NCBI RefSeq assembly: GCF_009914755.1
Contig: NC_060932.1
Source: the human T2T-CHM13v2.0 reference genome, Homo sapiens
Strand: one strand, 5' to 3'
DNA length: 64,000 nt
The notes under the pieces are model-generated. The model ran no database searches. It was not told the DNA's origin and saw only the letters and a list, made by a program, of their open reading frames with translations. The position numbers and the translations under genes are program-made. Below are positions 11,601-27,000 of this stretch, piece by piece. How positions within the stretch are numbered: the stretch's first letter is position 1; each line of letters opens with the position of its first letter.

Positions 11601-14600
11601 GGATATTTGGCTAGCTTTGAGGATTTCGTTGGAAACGGTAATGTCTTCAAAGAAAATCTAGACAGAAACATTCTCAGAAACACCTTCGTGATGTTTGCAA
11701 TCAAGTCACAGAGTTGAACCTTCCGTTTCATAGAGCAGGTTGGAAACACTCTTTTTGTAGTATCTGGAAGTGGACATTTGGAGCGCTTTCAGGCCTATGG
11801 TGAAAAAGGAAATATCTTCCCATGAAAACGACATAGAAGCTATCTCAGGAACTTGTTTATGATGCATCCAATCAACTAACAGTGTTGAACCTTTGTACTG
11901 ACAGAGCAGTGTGAAACACTCTTTTTTTTGGAATCTGCAAGTGGATATTTGGATCGCTTTGAGGATTTCGTTGGAAACGGGATGCAATATAAAACGTACA
12001 CAGCAGCATACTCAGAAAATACTTTGCCATATTTCCATTCAAGTCACAGAATGGAACATTCTCATTCATAGAGCAGGTTGGAAACACTCCTTTTGTAGTA
12101 TCTGGAAGTGGACATTTGGAGCGCTTTCTGAACTATGGTGAAAAAGGAAATATCTTCCAATGAAAACAAGACAGAAGCATTCTGAGAAACTTATGTGTGA
12201 TGTGTGTCCTCAACTAACGGACTTGAACCTTTCGTTTCATGCAGTACTTCTGGAACACTCCTTTTGAAGATTTTGCATGCGGATATTTGGATAGCTTTGA
12301 GGATTTCGTTGGAAACGGGCTTACATATAAAAATTAGACAGCAGCATTCTCAGAAACTTCTCTGTGGTGTCTGCATCCAAGCCACAGAATTGAACATCCC
12401 CTCACATAGAGCAGTTGTGCAGCACTCTATTTGTAGTATCTGGAAGTGGACATTTGGAGGGCTTTGTAGCCTATCTGGAAAAAGGAAATATCTTCCCATG
12501 AATGCGAGATAGAAGTAATCTCAGAAACATGTTTATGCTGTATCTACTCAACTAACTGTGCTGAACATTTCTATTAATAGAGCAGTTTTGAGACACTCTT
12601 CTTTTGGAATCTGCACGTGGATATTTGGATAGATTTGAGGATTTCGTTGGGAACTGGATTATATATAAAAAGTAGACCGCCACATTCTCAGAAACTTCTT
12701 TGTGATGTTTGCATCCAGCTCTCAGAGTTGAACATTCCCTTTCGTGGAGTAGGTTTGAAACCCTCTTTTTATAGTGTCTGGAAGCAGGCATTTGGAGCGC
12801 TTTCAGGCCTATGCTGAAAAAGGAAATATCTACCTATAGAAACTAGACAGAAGCATTCTGAGAATCACGTTTGTGATGTGGGTACTCAACTAACAGTGTT
12901 GATCCATTCTTTTGATACAGCAGTTTTGAACCACACTTTTTGTAGAATCTGCAAGTGGATATTTGGATAGCTGTGAGGATTTCCTTGGAAACGGGAATGT
13001 CTTCATAGAAAATTTAGACAGAAGCATTCTCAGAACCTTGATTGTGATGTGTGTTCTCCACTAACAGGGTTGAACCTTTCTTTTGACAGAACTGTTTTGA
13101 AACATTCTTTTTATAGAATCTGGAAGTGGATATTTGGAAAGCTTTGAGGATTTCGTTGGAAACGGGAATATCTTCAAATAAAATCTAGCCAGAAGCATTC
13201 AAAGAAACATCTTAGGGATGTTTACATTCAAGTCGCAGAGTTGAACATTCCCTTTCACAGAGAAGGTTTGAAACAATCTTCTCGTACTATCTGGAAGTGG
13301 ACATTTTGAGCTCCTTGGGGCCTATGCTGAAAAAGGAAATATCTTCTGACAAAAACTAGACAGAAGCATTCGCAGAATCACGTTTGTGATGTGTGCACTC
13401 AACTGTCAGAATTGAACCTTTGTTTGGACAGAGCACTTTTGAAACACTCTTTTTGTAGAATCTGCAGGTGGATATTTGGCTAGCTTTGAGGATTTCGTTG
13501 GAAACGGTAATGTCTTCAAAGAAAATCTAGACAGAAACATTCTCAGAAACACCTTCGTGATGTTTGCAATCAAGTCACAGAGTTGAACCTTCCGTTTCAT
13601 AGAGCAGGTTGGAAACACTCTTTTTGTAGTATCTGGAAGTGGACATTTGGAGCGCTTTCAGGCCTATGGTGAAAAAGGAAATATCTTCCCATAAAATCGA
13701 CATAGAATCTATCTCAGGAACTTGTTTATGATGCATCCAATCAACTAACAGTGTTGAACCTTTGTACTGACAGAGCAGTGTGAAACACTCTTTTTTTTGG
13801 ATTCTGCAAGTGGATATTTGGATCGCATTGAGGATTTCGTTGGAAACGGGATGCAATATAAAACGTACACAGCAGCATACTCAGAAAATACTTTGCCATA
13901 TTTCCATTCAAGTCACAGAGGGGAACATTCCCATTCATGGAGCAGGTTGGAAACACTCCTTTTGTAGTATCTGGAAGTGGTCATTTGGAGCGCTTTCTGA
14001 ACTATGATGAAAAAGGAAATATCTTCCAATGAAAACAAGACAGAAGCATTCTGAGAAACTTAATTGTGATGTGTGTCCTCAATTAACGGACTTGAACCTT
14101 TCGTTTCATGCAGTACTTCTGGAACACTCTTTTTGAAAATTCTGCATGCGGATATTTGGATAGCTTTGAGGATTTCGTTGGAAACGGGCTTACATATAAA
14201 AATTAGACAGCAGCATTCTCAGAAACTTCTTTGTGGTGTCTGCATTCAAGTCACAGAATTGAACATCCCCTCACATAGAGCAGTTGTGCAGCACTCTATT
14301 TGTAGTATCTCGAAGTGGACATTTGGAGGGCTTTGTAGCCTATCTGGAAACAGGAAATATCTTCCCATGAATGCGAGATAGAAGTAATCTCAGAAACATG
14401 TTTATGCTGTATCTACTCAACTAACTGTGCTGAACATTTCTATTGATAGAGCAGTTTTGAGACACTCTTCTTTTGGAATCTGCAAGTGGATATTTGGAAA
14501 GATTTGAGGATTTCGTTGGCAATGGGATTATATATAAAAAGTAGACAGCCGCATTCTCAGAAACTTCTTTGTGATGTTTGCATCCAGCTCTCAGAGTTGA

Positions 14601-15799
14601 AAATTCCCTTTCGTAGAGTAGGTTTGAAACCCTCTTTTTATAGTGTCTGGAAGCGGGCATTTGGAGCGCTTTCAGGCCTATGATGAAAAAGGAAATATCT
14701 ACCTATAGAAACTAGACAGAAGCATTCTGAGAATCACGTTTGTGATGTGGGTACTCAACTAACAGTGTTGATCCATTCTTTTGATACAGCAGTTTTGAAC
14801 CACACTTTTTGTAGAATCTGCAAGTGGATATTTGGATAGCTGTGAGGATTTCCTTGGAAACGGGAATGTCTTCATAGAAAATTTAGACAGAAGCATTCTC
14901 AGAACCTTGATTGTGATGTGTGTTCTCCACTAACAGGGTTGAACCTTTCTTTTGACAGAACTGTTCTGAAACATTCTTTGTATAGAATCTGGAAGTGGAT
15001 ATTTGGAAAGCTTTGAGGATTTCGTTGGAAACGGGAATATCTTCAAATCAAATCTAGCCAGAAGCATTCTAAGAAACATCTTAGGGATGTTTACATTCAA
15101 GTCACAGAGTTGAACATTCCCTTTCACAGAGCAGGTTTGAAACAATCTTCTCGTAGTATCTGGAAGTGGACATTTTGAGCTCCTTGGGGCCTATGCTGAA
15201 AAAGGAAATATCTTCCGACAAAAACTAGACAGAAGCATTCGCAGAATCACGTTTGTGATGTGTGCACTCAACTGTCGGAATTGAAACTTTGTTTGGACAG
15301 AGCACTTTTGAAACACTCTTTTTGTAGAATCTGCAGGTTTATATTTGACTAGCTTTGAGGATTTCGTTGGAAACGGTAATGTCTTCAAAGAAAATCTAGA
15401 CAGAAACATTCTCAGAAACACCTTCGTGATGTTTGCAATCAAGTCACAGAGTTGAACCTTCCGTTTCATAGAGCAGGTTGGAAACACTCTTTTTGTAGTA
15501 TCTGGAAGTGGACATTTGGAGCGCTTTCAGGCCTATGCTGAAAAAGGAAATATCTTCCCATAAAAACGACATAGAAGCTATCTCAGGAACTTGTTTATGA
15601 TGCATCCAATCAACTAACAGTGTTGAACGTTTGTACTGACAGAGCAGTGTGAAACACTCTTTTTTTTGGAATCTGCAAGTGGATATTTGGATCGCTTTGA
15701 GGATTTCGTTGGAAACGGGATGCAATATAAAACGTACACAGCAGCATACTCAGAAAATACTTTGCCATATTTCCATTCAAGTCACAGAGTGTAACATTC

Positions 15800-18700
15800 C
15801 CATTCATAGAGCAGGTTTGACACACTCTTTTTGTAGTATCTGGAAGTGGACATTTGGAGCGCTTTCTGAACTATGGTGAAAAAGGAAATATCTTCCAATG
15901 AAAACAAGACAGAAGCATTCTGAGAAACTTATGTGTGATGTGTGTCCTCAACTAACGGACTTGAACCTTTCGTTTCATGCAGTACTTCTGGAACACTCTT
16001 TTTGAAGATTCTGCATGCGGATATTTGGATAGCTTTGAGGATTTCGTTGGAAACGGGCTTACATATAAAAATTAGACAGCAGCATTCTCAGAAACTTCTC
16101 TGTGGTGTCTGCATCCAAGTCACAGAATTGAACATCCCCTCACATAGAGCAGTTGTGCAGCACTCTATTTGTAGTATCTCGAAGTGGACATTTGGAGGGC
16201 TTTGTAGCCTATCTGGAAAAAGGAAATATCTTCCCATGAATGCGAGATAGAAGTAATCTCAGAAACATGTTTATGCTGTATCTACTCAACTAACTGTGCT
16301 GAACATTTCTATTGATAGAGCAGTTTTGAGACACTCTTCTTTTGGAATCTGCAAGTGGATATTTGGATAGATTTGAGGATTTCGTTGGCAACGGGATTAT
16401 ATATAAAAAGTAGACAGCCGCATTCTCAGAAACTTCTTTGTGATGTTTGCATCCAGCTCTCAGAGTTGAACATTCCCTTTCATAGAGAAGGTTTGAAACC
16501 CTCTTTTTATAGTGTGTGGAAGTGGGCATTTGGAGCGCTTTCAGGCCTATGCTGAAAAAGGAAATATCTACCTATAGAAACTAGACAGAAGCATTCTGAG
16601 AATCACGTTTGTGATGTGGGTACTCAACTAACAGTGTTGATCCATTCTTTTGATACAGCAGTTTTGAACCACACTTTTTGTAGAATCTGCAAGTGGATAT
16701 TTGGATAGCTGTGAGGATTTCCTTGGAAACGGGAATGTGTTCATAGAAAATTTAGACAGAAGCATTCTCAGAACCTTGATTGTGATGTGTGTTCTCCACT
16801 AACAGGGATGAACCTTTCTTTTGACAGAACTGTTCTGAAACATTCTTTGTATAGAATCTGGAAGTGGATATTTGGAAAGCTTTGAGGATTTCGTTGGAAA
16901 CGGGAATATCTTCAAATCAAATCTAGCCAGAAGCATTCTAAGAAACATCTTAGGGATGTTTACATTCAAGTCACAGAGTTGAACATTCCCTTTCACAGAG
17001 CAGGTTTGAAACAATCTTCTCGTAGTATCTGGAAGTGGACATTTTGAGCTCCTTGGGGCCTATGCTGAAAAAGGAAATATCTTCCGACAAAAACTAGACA
17101 GAAGCATTCGCAGAATCACGTTTGTGATGTGTGCACTCAACTGTCAGAATTGAACCTTTGTTTGGACAGAGCACTTTTGAAACACTCTTTTTGTAGAATC
17201 TGCAGGTGGATATTTGACTAGCTTTGAGGATTTCGTTGGAAACGGTAATGTCTTCAAAGAAAATCTAGACAGAAACATTCTCAGAAACACCTTCGTGATG
17301 TTTGCAATCAAGTCACAGAGTTGAACCTTCCGTTTCGTAGAGCAGGTTGGAAACACTCTTTTTGTAGTATCTGGAAGTGGACATTTGGAGCGCTTTCAGG
17401 CCTATGGTGAAGAAGGAAATATCTTCCCATAAAAACGACATAGAAGCTATCTCAGGAACTTGTTTATGATGCATCCAATCAACTAACAGTGTTGAACCTT
17501 TGTACTGACAGAGCAGTGTGAAACACTCTTTTTTTTGGAATCTGCAAGTGGATATTTGGATCGCTTTGAGGATTTCGTTGGAAACGGGATGCAATATAAA
17601 ACGTACACAGCAGCATACTCAGAAAATACTTTGCCATATTTCCATTCAAGTCACAGAGTGTAACATTCCCATTCATAGAGCAGGTTTGACACACTCTTTT
17701 TGTAGTATCTGGAAGTGGACATTTGGAGCGCTTTCTGAACTATGGTGAAAAAGGAAATATCTTCCAATGAAAACAAGACAGAAGCATTCTGAGAAACTTA
17801 TTTGTGATGTGTGTCCTCAACTAACGGACTTGAACCTTTCGTTTCATGCAGTACTTCTGGAACACTCTTTTTGAAGATTCTGCATGCGGATATTTGGATA
17901 GCTTTGAGGATTTCGTTGGAAACGGGCTTACATATAAAAATTAGACAGCAGCATTCTCAGAAACTTCTCTGTGGTGTCTGCATCCAAGTCACAGAATTGA
18001 ACATCCCCTCACATAGAGCAGTTGTGCAGCACTCTATTTGTAGTATCTCGAAGTGGACATTTGGAGGGCTTTGTAGCCTATCTGGAAAAAGGAAATATCT
18101 TCCCATGAATGCGAGATAGAAGTAATCTCAGAAACATGTTTATGCTGTATCTACTCAACTAACTGTGCTGAACATTTCTATTGATAGAGCAGTTTTGAGA
18201 CACTCTTCTTTTGGAATCTGCAAGTGGATATTTGGATAGATTTGAGGATTTCGTTGGCAACGGGATTATATATCAAAAGTAGACAGCCGCATTCTCAGAA
18301 ACTTCTTTGTGATGTTTGCATCCAGCTCTCAGAGTTGAACATTCCCTTTCGTAGAGTAGGTTTGAAACCCTCTTTTTATAGTGTCTGGAAGCGGGCATTT
18401 GGAGCGCTTTCAGGCCTATGCTGAAAAAGGAAATATCTACCTATAGAAACTAGACAGAAGCATTCTGAGAATCACGTTTGTGATGTGGGTACTCAACTAA
18501 CAGTGTTGATCCATTCTTTTGATACAGCAGTTTTGAACCACACTTTTTGTAGAATCTGCAAGTGGATATTTGGATAGCTGTGAGGATTTCCTTGGAAACG
18601 GGAATGTCTTCATAGAAAATTTAGACAGAAGCATTCTCAGAACCTTGATTGTGATGTGTGTTCTCCACTAACAGGGTTGAACCTTTCTTTTGACAGAACT

Positions 18701-21700
18701 GTTCTGAAACATTCTTTGTATAGAATCTGGAAGCGGATATTTGGAAAGCTTTGAGGATTTCGTTGGAAACGGGAATATCTTCAAATCAAATCTAGCCAGA
18801 AGCATTCTAAGAAACATCTTAGGGATGTTTACATTCAAGTCACAGAGTTGAACATTCCCTTTCACAGAGCAGGTTTGAAACAATCTTCTCGTACTATCTG
18901 GAAGTGGACATTTTGAGCTCCTTTTGGCGTATGCTGAAAAAGGAAATACCTTCCGACAAAAACTAGACAGAAGCATTCGCAGAATCACGTTTGTGATGTG
19001 TGCACTCAACTGTCGGAATTGAACCTTTGTTTGGACAGAGCACTTTTGAAACACTCTTTTTGTAGAATCTGCAGGTGGATATTTGGCTAGCTTTGAGGAT
19101 TTCGTTGGAAACGGTAATGTCTTCAAAGAAAATCTAGACAGAAACATTCTCAGAAACACCTTCGTGATGTTTGCAATCAAGTCACAGAGTTGAACCTTCC
19201 GTTTCATAGAGCAGGTTGGAAACACTCTTTTTGTAGTATCTGGAAGTGGACATTTGGAGCGCTTTCAGGCCTATGGTGAAAAAGGAAATATCTTCCCATG
19301 AAAACGACATAGAAGCTATCTCAGGAACTTGTTTATGATGCATCCAATTAACTAACAGTGTTGAACCTTTGTACTGACAGAGCAGTGTGAAACACTCTTT
19401 TTTTTGGAATCTGCAAGTGGATATTTGGATCGCTTTGAGGATTTCGTTGGAAACGGGATGCAATATAAAACGTACACAGCAGCATACTCAGAAAATACTT
19501 TGCCATATTTCCATTCAAGTCACAGAGTGGAACATTCCCATTCATAGAGCAGGTTTGACACACTCTTTTTGTAGTATCTGGAAGTGGACATTTGGAGCGC
19601 TTTCTGAACTATGGTGAAAAAGGAAATATCTTCCAATGAAAACAAGACAGAAGCATTCTGAGAAACTTATTTGTGATGTGTGTCCTCAACTAACGGACTT
19701 GAACCTTTCGTTTCATGCAGTACTTCTGGAACACTCTTTTTGAAGATTCTGCATGCGGATATTTGGATAGCTTTGAGGATTTCGTTGGAAACGGGCTTAC
19801 ATATAAAAATTAGACAGCAGCATTCTCAGAAACTTCTCTGTGGTGTCTGCATCCAAGTCACAGAATTGAACATCCCCTCACATAGAGCAGTTGTGCAGCA
19901 CTCTATTTGTAGTATCTCGAAGTGGACATTTGGAGGGCTTTGTAGCCTATCTGGAAAAAGGAAATATCTTCCCATGAATGCGAGATAGAAGTAATCTCAG
20001 AAACATGTTTATGCTGTATCTACTCAACTAACTGTGCTGAACATTTCTATTGATAGAGCAGTTTTGAGACACTCTTCTTTTGGAATCTGCAAGTGGATAT
20101 TTGGATAGATTTGAGGATTTCGTTGGCAACGGGATTATATATAAAAAGTAGACAGCCGCATTCTCAGAAACTTCTTTGTGATGTTTGCATCCAGCTCTCA
20201 GAGTTGAACATTCCCTTTCATAGAGAAGGTTTGAAACCCTCTTTTTATAGTGTGTGGAAGTGGGCATTTGGAGCGCTTTCAGGCCTATGCTGAAAAAGGA
20301 AATATCTACCTATAGAAACTAGACAGAAGCATTCTGAGAATCACGTTTGTGATGTGGGTACTCAACTAACAGTGTTGATCCATTCTTTTGATACAGCAGT
20401 TTTGAACCACACTTTTTGTAGAATCTGCAAGTGGATATTTGGATAGCTGTGAGGATTTCCTTGGAAACGGGAATGTGTTCATAGAAAATTTAGACAGAAG
20501 CATTCTCAGAACCTTGATTGTGATGTGTGTTCTCCACTAACAGGGATGAACCTTTCTTTTGACAGAACTGTTCTGAAACATTCTTTGTATAGAATCTGGA
20601 AGTGGATATTTGGAAAGCTTTGAGGATTTCGTTGGAAACGGGAATATCTTCAAATCAAATCTAGCCAGAAGCATTCTAAGAAACATCTTAGGGATGTTTA
20701 CATTCAAGTCACAGAGTTGAACATTCCCTTTCACAGAGCAGGTTTGAAACAATCTTCTCGTAGTATCTGGAAGTGGACATTTTGAGCTCCTTGGGGCCTA
20801 TGCTGAAAAAGGAAATATCTTCCGACAAAAACTAGACAGAAGCATTCGCAGAATCACGTTTGTGATGTGTGCACTCAACTGTCAGAATTGAACCTTTGTT
20901 TGGACAGAGCACTTTTGAAACACTCTTTTTGTAGAATCTGCAGGTGGATATTTGACTAGCTTTGAGGATTTCGTTGGAAACGGTAATGTCTTCAAAGAAA
21001 ATCTAGACAGAAACATTCTCAGAAACACCTTCGTGATGTTTGCAATCAAGTCACAGAGTTGAACCTTCCGTTTCGTAGAGCAGGTTGGAAACACTCTTTT
21101 TGTAGTATCTGGAAGTGGACATTTGGAGCGCTTTCAGGCCTATGGTGAAGAAGGAAATATCTTCCCATAAAAACGACATAGAAGCTATCTCAGGAACTTG
21201 TTTATGATGCATCCAATCAACTAACAGTGTTGAACCTTTGTACTGACAGAGCAGTGTGAAACACTCTTTTTTTTGGAATCTGCAAGTGGATATTTGGATC
21301 GCTTTGAGGATTTCGTTGGAAACGGGATGCAATATAAAACGTACACAGCAGCATACTCAGAAAATACTTTGCCATATTTCCATTCAAGTCACAGAGTGTA
21401 ACATTCCCATTCATAGAGCAGGTTTGACACAATCTTTTTGTAGTATCTGGAAGTGGACATTTGGAGCGCTTTCTGAACTATGGTGAAAAAGGAAATATCT
21501 TCCAATGAAAACAAGACAGAAGCATTCTGAGAAACTTATTTGTGATGTGTGTCCTCAACTAACGGACTTGAACCTTTCGTTTCATGCAGTACTTCTGGAA
21601 CACTCTTTTTGAAGATTCTGCATGCGGATATTTGGATAGCTTTGAGGATTTCGTTGGAAACGGGCTTACATATAAAAATTAGACAGCAGCATTCTCAGAA

Positions 21701-24700
21701 ACTTCTCTGTGGTGTCTGCATCCAAGTCACAGAATTGAACATCCCCTCACATAGAGCAGTTGTGCAGCACTCTATTTGTAGTATCTCGAAGTGGACATTT
21801 GGAGGGCTTTGTAGCCTATCTGGAAAAAGGAAATATCTTCCCATGAATGCGAGATAGAAGTAATCTCAGAAACATGTTTATGCTGTATCTACTCAACTAA
21901 CTGTGCTGAACATTTCTATTGATAGAGCAGTTTTGAGACACTCTTCTTTTGGAATCTGCAAGTGGATATTTGGATAGATTTGAGGATTTCGTTGGCAACG
22001 GGATTATATATCAAAAGTAGACAGCCGCATTCTCAGAAACTTCTTTGTGATGTTTGCATCCAGCTCTCAGAGTTGAACATTCCCTTTCGTAGAGTAGGTT
22101 TGAAACCCTCTTTTTATAGTGTCTGGAAGCGGGCATTTGGAGCGCTTTCAGGCCTATGCTGAAAAAGGAAATATCTACCTATAGAAACTAGACAGAAGCA
22201 TTCTGAGAATCACGTTTGTGATGTGGGTACTCAACTAACAGTGTTGATCCATTCTTTTGATACAGCAGTTTTGAACCACACTTTTTGTAGAATCTGCAAG
22301 TGGATATTTGGATAGCTGTGAGGATTTCCTTGGAAACGGGAATGTCTTCATAGAAAATTTAGACAGAAGCATTCTCAGAACCTTGATTGTGATGTGTGTT
22401 CTCCACTAACAGGGTTGAACCTTTCTTTTGACAGAACTGTTCTGAAACATTCTTTGTATAGAATCTGGAAGCGGATATTTGGAAAGCTTTGAGGATTTCG
22501 TTGGAAACGGGAATATCTTCAAATCAAATCTAGCCAGAAGCATTCTAAGAAACATCTTAGGGATGTTTACATTCAAGTCACAGAGTTGAACATTCCCTTT
22601 CACAGAGCAGGTTTGAAACAATCTTCTCGTACTATCTGGAAGTGGACATTTTGAGCTCCTTTTGGCGTATGCTGAAAAAGGAAATACCTTCCGACAAAAA
22701 CTAGACAGAAGCATTCGCAGAATCACGTTTGTGATGTGTGCACTCAACTGTCGGAATTGAACCTTTGTTTGGACAGAGCACTTTTGAAACACTCTTTTTG
22801 TAGAATCTGCAGGTGGATATTTGGCTAGCTTTGAGGATTTCGTTGGAAACGGTAATGTCTTCAAAGAAAATCTAGACAGAAACATTCTCAGAAACACCTT
22901 CGTGATGTTTGCAATCAAGTCACAGAGTTGAACCTTCCGTTTCATAGAGCAGGTTGGAAACACTCTTTTTGTAGTATCTGGAAGTGGACATTTGGAGCGC
23001 TTTCAGGCCTATGGTGAAAAAGGAAATATCTTCCCATGAAAACGACATAGAAGCTATCTCAGGAACTTGTTTATGATGCATCCAATCAACTAACAGTGTT
23101 GAACCTTTGTACTGACAGAGCAGTGTGAAACACTCTTTTTTTTGGAATCTGCAAGTGGATATTTGGATCGCTTTGAGGATTTCGTTGGAAACGGGATGCA
23201 ATATAAAACGTACACAGCAGCATACTCAGAAAATACTTTGCCATATTTCCATTCAAGTCACAGAGTGGAACATTCCCATTCATAGAGCAGGTTTGACACA
23301 CTCTTTTTGTAGTATCTGGAAGTGGACATTTGGAGCGCTTTCTGAACTATGGTGAAAAAGGAAATATCTTCCAATGAAAACAAGACAGAAGCATTCTGAG
23401 AAACTTATTTGTGATGTGTGTCCTCAACTAACGGACTTGAACCTTTCGTTTCATGCAGTACTTCTGGAACACTCTTTTTGAAGATTCTGCATGCGGATAT
23501 TTGGATAGCTTTGAGGATTTCGTTGGAAACGGGCTTACATATAAAAATTAGACAGCAGCATTCTCAGAAACTTCTCTGTGGTGTCTGCATCCAAGTCACA
23601 GAATTGAACATCCCCTCACATAGAGCAGTTGTGCAGCACTCTATTTGTAGTATCTCGAAGTGGACATTTGGAGGGCTTTGTAGCCTATCTGGAAAAAGGA
23701 AATATCTTCCCATGAATGCGAGATAGAAGTAATCTCAGAAACATGTTTATGCTGTATCTACTCAACTAACTGTGCTGAACATTTCTATTGATAGAGCAGT
23801 TTTGATACACTCTTCTTTTGGAATCTGCAAGTGGATATTTGGATAGATTTGAGGATTTCGTTGGCAACGGGATTATATATAAAAAGTAGACAGCCGCATT
23901 CTCAGAAACTTCTTTGTGATGTTTGCATCCAGCTCTCAGAGTTGAACATTCCCTTTCATAGAGAAGGTTTGAAACCCTCTTTTTATAGTGTGTGGAAGTG
24001 GGCATTTGGAGCGCTTTCAGGCCTATGCTGAAAAAGGAAATATCTACCTATAGAAACTAGACAGAAGCATTCTGAGAATCACGTTTGTGATGTGGGTACT
24101 CAACTAACAGTGTTGATCCATTCTTTTGATACAGCAGTTTTGAACCACACTTTTTGTAGAATCTGCAAGTGGATATTTGGATAGCTGTGAGGATTTCCTT
24201 GGAAACGGGAATGTGTTCATAGAAAATTTAGACAGAAGCATTCTCAGAACCTTGATTGTGATGTGTGTTCTCCACTAACAGGGATGAACCTTTCTTTTGA
24301 CAGAACTGTTCTGAAACATTCTTTGTATAGAATCTGGAAGTGGATATTTGGAAAGCTTTGAGGATTTCGTTGGAAACGGGAATATCTTCAAATCAAATCT
24401 AGCCAGAAGCATTCTAAGAAACATCTTAGGGATGTTTACATTCAAGTCACAGAGTTGAACATTCCCTTTCACAGAGCAGGTTTGAAACAATCTTCTCGTA
24501 GTATCTGGAAGTGGACATTTTGAGCTCCTTGGGGCCTATGCTGAAAAAGGAAATATCTTCCGACAAAAACTAGACAGAAGCATTCGCAGAATCACGTTTG
24601 TGATGTGTGCACTCAACTGTCAGAATTGAACCTTTGTTTGGACAGAGCACTTTTGAAACACTCTTTTTGTAGAATCTGCAGGTGGATATTTGACTAGCTT

Positions 24701-27000
24701 TGAGGATTTCGTTGGAAACGGTAATGTCTTCAAAGAAAATCTAGACAGAAACATTCTCAGAAACACCTTCGTGATGTTTGCAATCAAGTCACAGAGTTGA
24801 ACCTTCCGTTTCGTAGAGCAGGTTGGAAACACTCTTTTTGTAGTATCTGGAAGTGGACATTTGGAGCGCTTTCAGGCCTATGGTGAAGAAGGAAATATCT
24901 TCCCATAAAAACGACATAGAAGCTATCTCAGGAACTTGTTTATGATGCATCCAATCAACTAACAGTGTTGAACCTTTGTACTGACAGAGCAGTGTGAAAC
25001 ACTCTTTTTTTTGGAATCTGCAAGTGGATATTTGGATCGCTTTGAGGATTTCGTTGGAAACGGGATGCAATATAAAACGTACACAGCAGCATACTCAGAA
25101 AATACTTTGCCATATTTCCATTCAAGTCACAGAGTGTAACATTCCCATTCATAGAGCAGGTTTGACACAATCTTTTTGTAGTATCTGGAAGTGGACATTT
25201 GGAGCGCTTTCTGAACTATGGTGAAAAAGGAAATATCTTCCAATGAAAACAAGACAGAAGCATTCTGAGAAACTTATTTGTGATGTGTGTCCTCAACTAA
25301 CGGACTTGAACCTTTCGTTTCATGCAGTACTTCTGGAACACTCTTTTTGAAGATTCTGCATGCGGATATTTGGATAGCTTTGAGGATTTCGTTGGAAACG
25401 GGCTTACATATAAAAATTAGACAGCAGCATTCTCAGAAACTTCTCTGTGGTGTCTGCATCCAAGTCACAGAATTGAACATCCCCTCACATAGAGCAGTTG
25501 TGCAGCACTCTATTTGTAGTATCTCGAAGTGGACATTTGGAGGGCTTTGTAGCCTATCTGGAAAAAGGAAATATCTTCCCATGAATGCGAGATAGAAGTA
25601 ATCTCAGAAACATGTTTATGCTGTATCTACTCAACTAACTGTGCTGAACATTTCTATTGATAGAGCAGTTTTGAGACACTCTTCTTTTGGAATCTGCAAG
25701 TGGATATTTGGATAGATTTGAGGATTTCGTTGGCAACGGGATTATATATCAAAAGTAGACAGCCGCATTCTCAGAAACTTCTTTGTGATGTTTGCATCCA
25801 GCTCTCAGAGTTGAACATTCCCTTTCGTAGAGTAGGTTTGAAACCCTCTTTTTATAGTGTCTGGAAGCGGGCATTTGGAGCGCTTTCAGGCCTATGCTGA
25901 AAAAGGAAATATCTACCTATAGAAACTAGACAGAAGCATTCTGAGAATCACGTTTGTGATGTGGGTACTCAACTAACAGTGTTGATCCATTCTTTTGATA
26001 CAGCAGTTTTGAACCACACTTTTTGTAGAATCTGCAAGTGGATATTTGGATAGCTGTGAGGATTTCCTTGGAAACGGGAATGTCTTCATAGAAAATTTAG
26101 ACAGAAGCATTCTCAGAACCTTGATTGTGATGTGTGTTCTCCACTAACAGGGTTGAACCTTTCTTTTGACAGAACTGTTCTGAAACATTCTTTGTATAGA
26201 ATCTGGAAGCGGATATTTGGAAAGCTTTGAGGATTTCGTTGGAAACGGGAATATCTTCAAATCAAATCTAGCCAGAAGCATTCTAAGAAACATCTTAGGG
26301 ATGTTTACATTCAAGTCACAGAGTTGAACATTCCCTTTCACAGAGCAGGTTTGAAACAATCTTCTCGTACTATCTGGAAGTGGACATTTTGAGCTCCTTT
26401 TGGCGTATGCTGAAAAAGGAAATACCTTCCGACAAAAACTAGACAGAAGCATTCGCAGAATCACGTTTGTGATGTGTGCACTCAACTGTCGGAATTGAAC
26501 CTTTGTTTGGACAGAGCACTTTTGAAACACTCTTTTTGTAGAATCTGCAGGTGGATACTTGGCTAGCTTTGAGGATTTCGTTGGAAACGGTAATGTCTTC
26601 AAAGAAAATCTAGACAGAAACATTCTCAGAAACACCTTCGTGATGTTTGCAATCAAGTCACAGAGTTGAACCTTCCGTTTCATAGAGCAGGTTGGAAACA
26701 CTCTTTTTGTAGTATCTGGAAGTGGACATTTGGAGCGCTTTCAGGCCTATGGTGAAAAAGGAAATATCTTCCCATGAAAACGACATAGAAGCTATCTCAG
26801 GAACTTGTTTATGATGCATCCAATCAACTAACAGTGTTGAACCTTTGTACTGACAGAGCAGTGTGAAACACTCTTTTTTTTGGAATCTGCAAGTGGATAT
26901 TTGGATCGCTTTGAGGATTTCGTTGGAAACGGGATGCAATATAAAACGTACACAGCAGCATACTCAGAAAATACTTTGCCATATTTCCATTCAAGTCACA
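15800..27000 (+). repeat. Triplicated 2-HOR super-repeat (3738-bp period)
   Basis: Private variants recur at +3738: GGGATGAACC (~16805/20543/24281), CTTTTGGCGTATG...AATACC (~18921/22659/26397), TTTCGTAGAGC (~17333/21071/24809). The 185-aa ORF also recurs at 18668/22406/26144. Confidence 0.92.

Noticed and set aside
18668-26701. Longest ORF, 185 aa, three identical copies on the minus strand
   Set aside because: It arises from chance loss of stop codons joining two repeat-derived ORFs, and was then copied by the 3738-bp triplication. It is useful as a marker but is not a gene.
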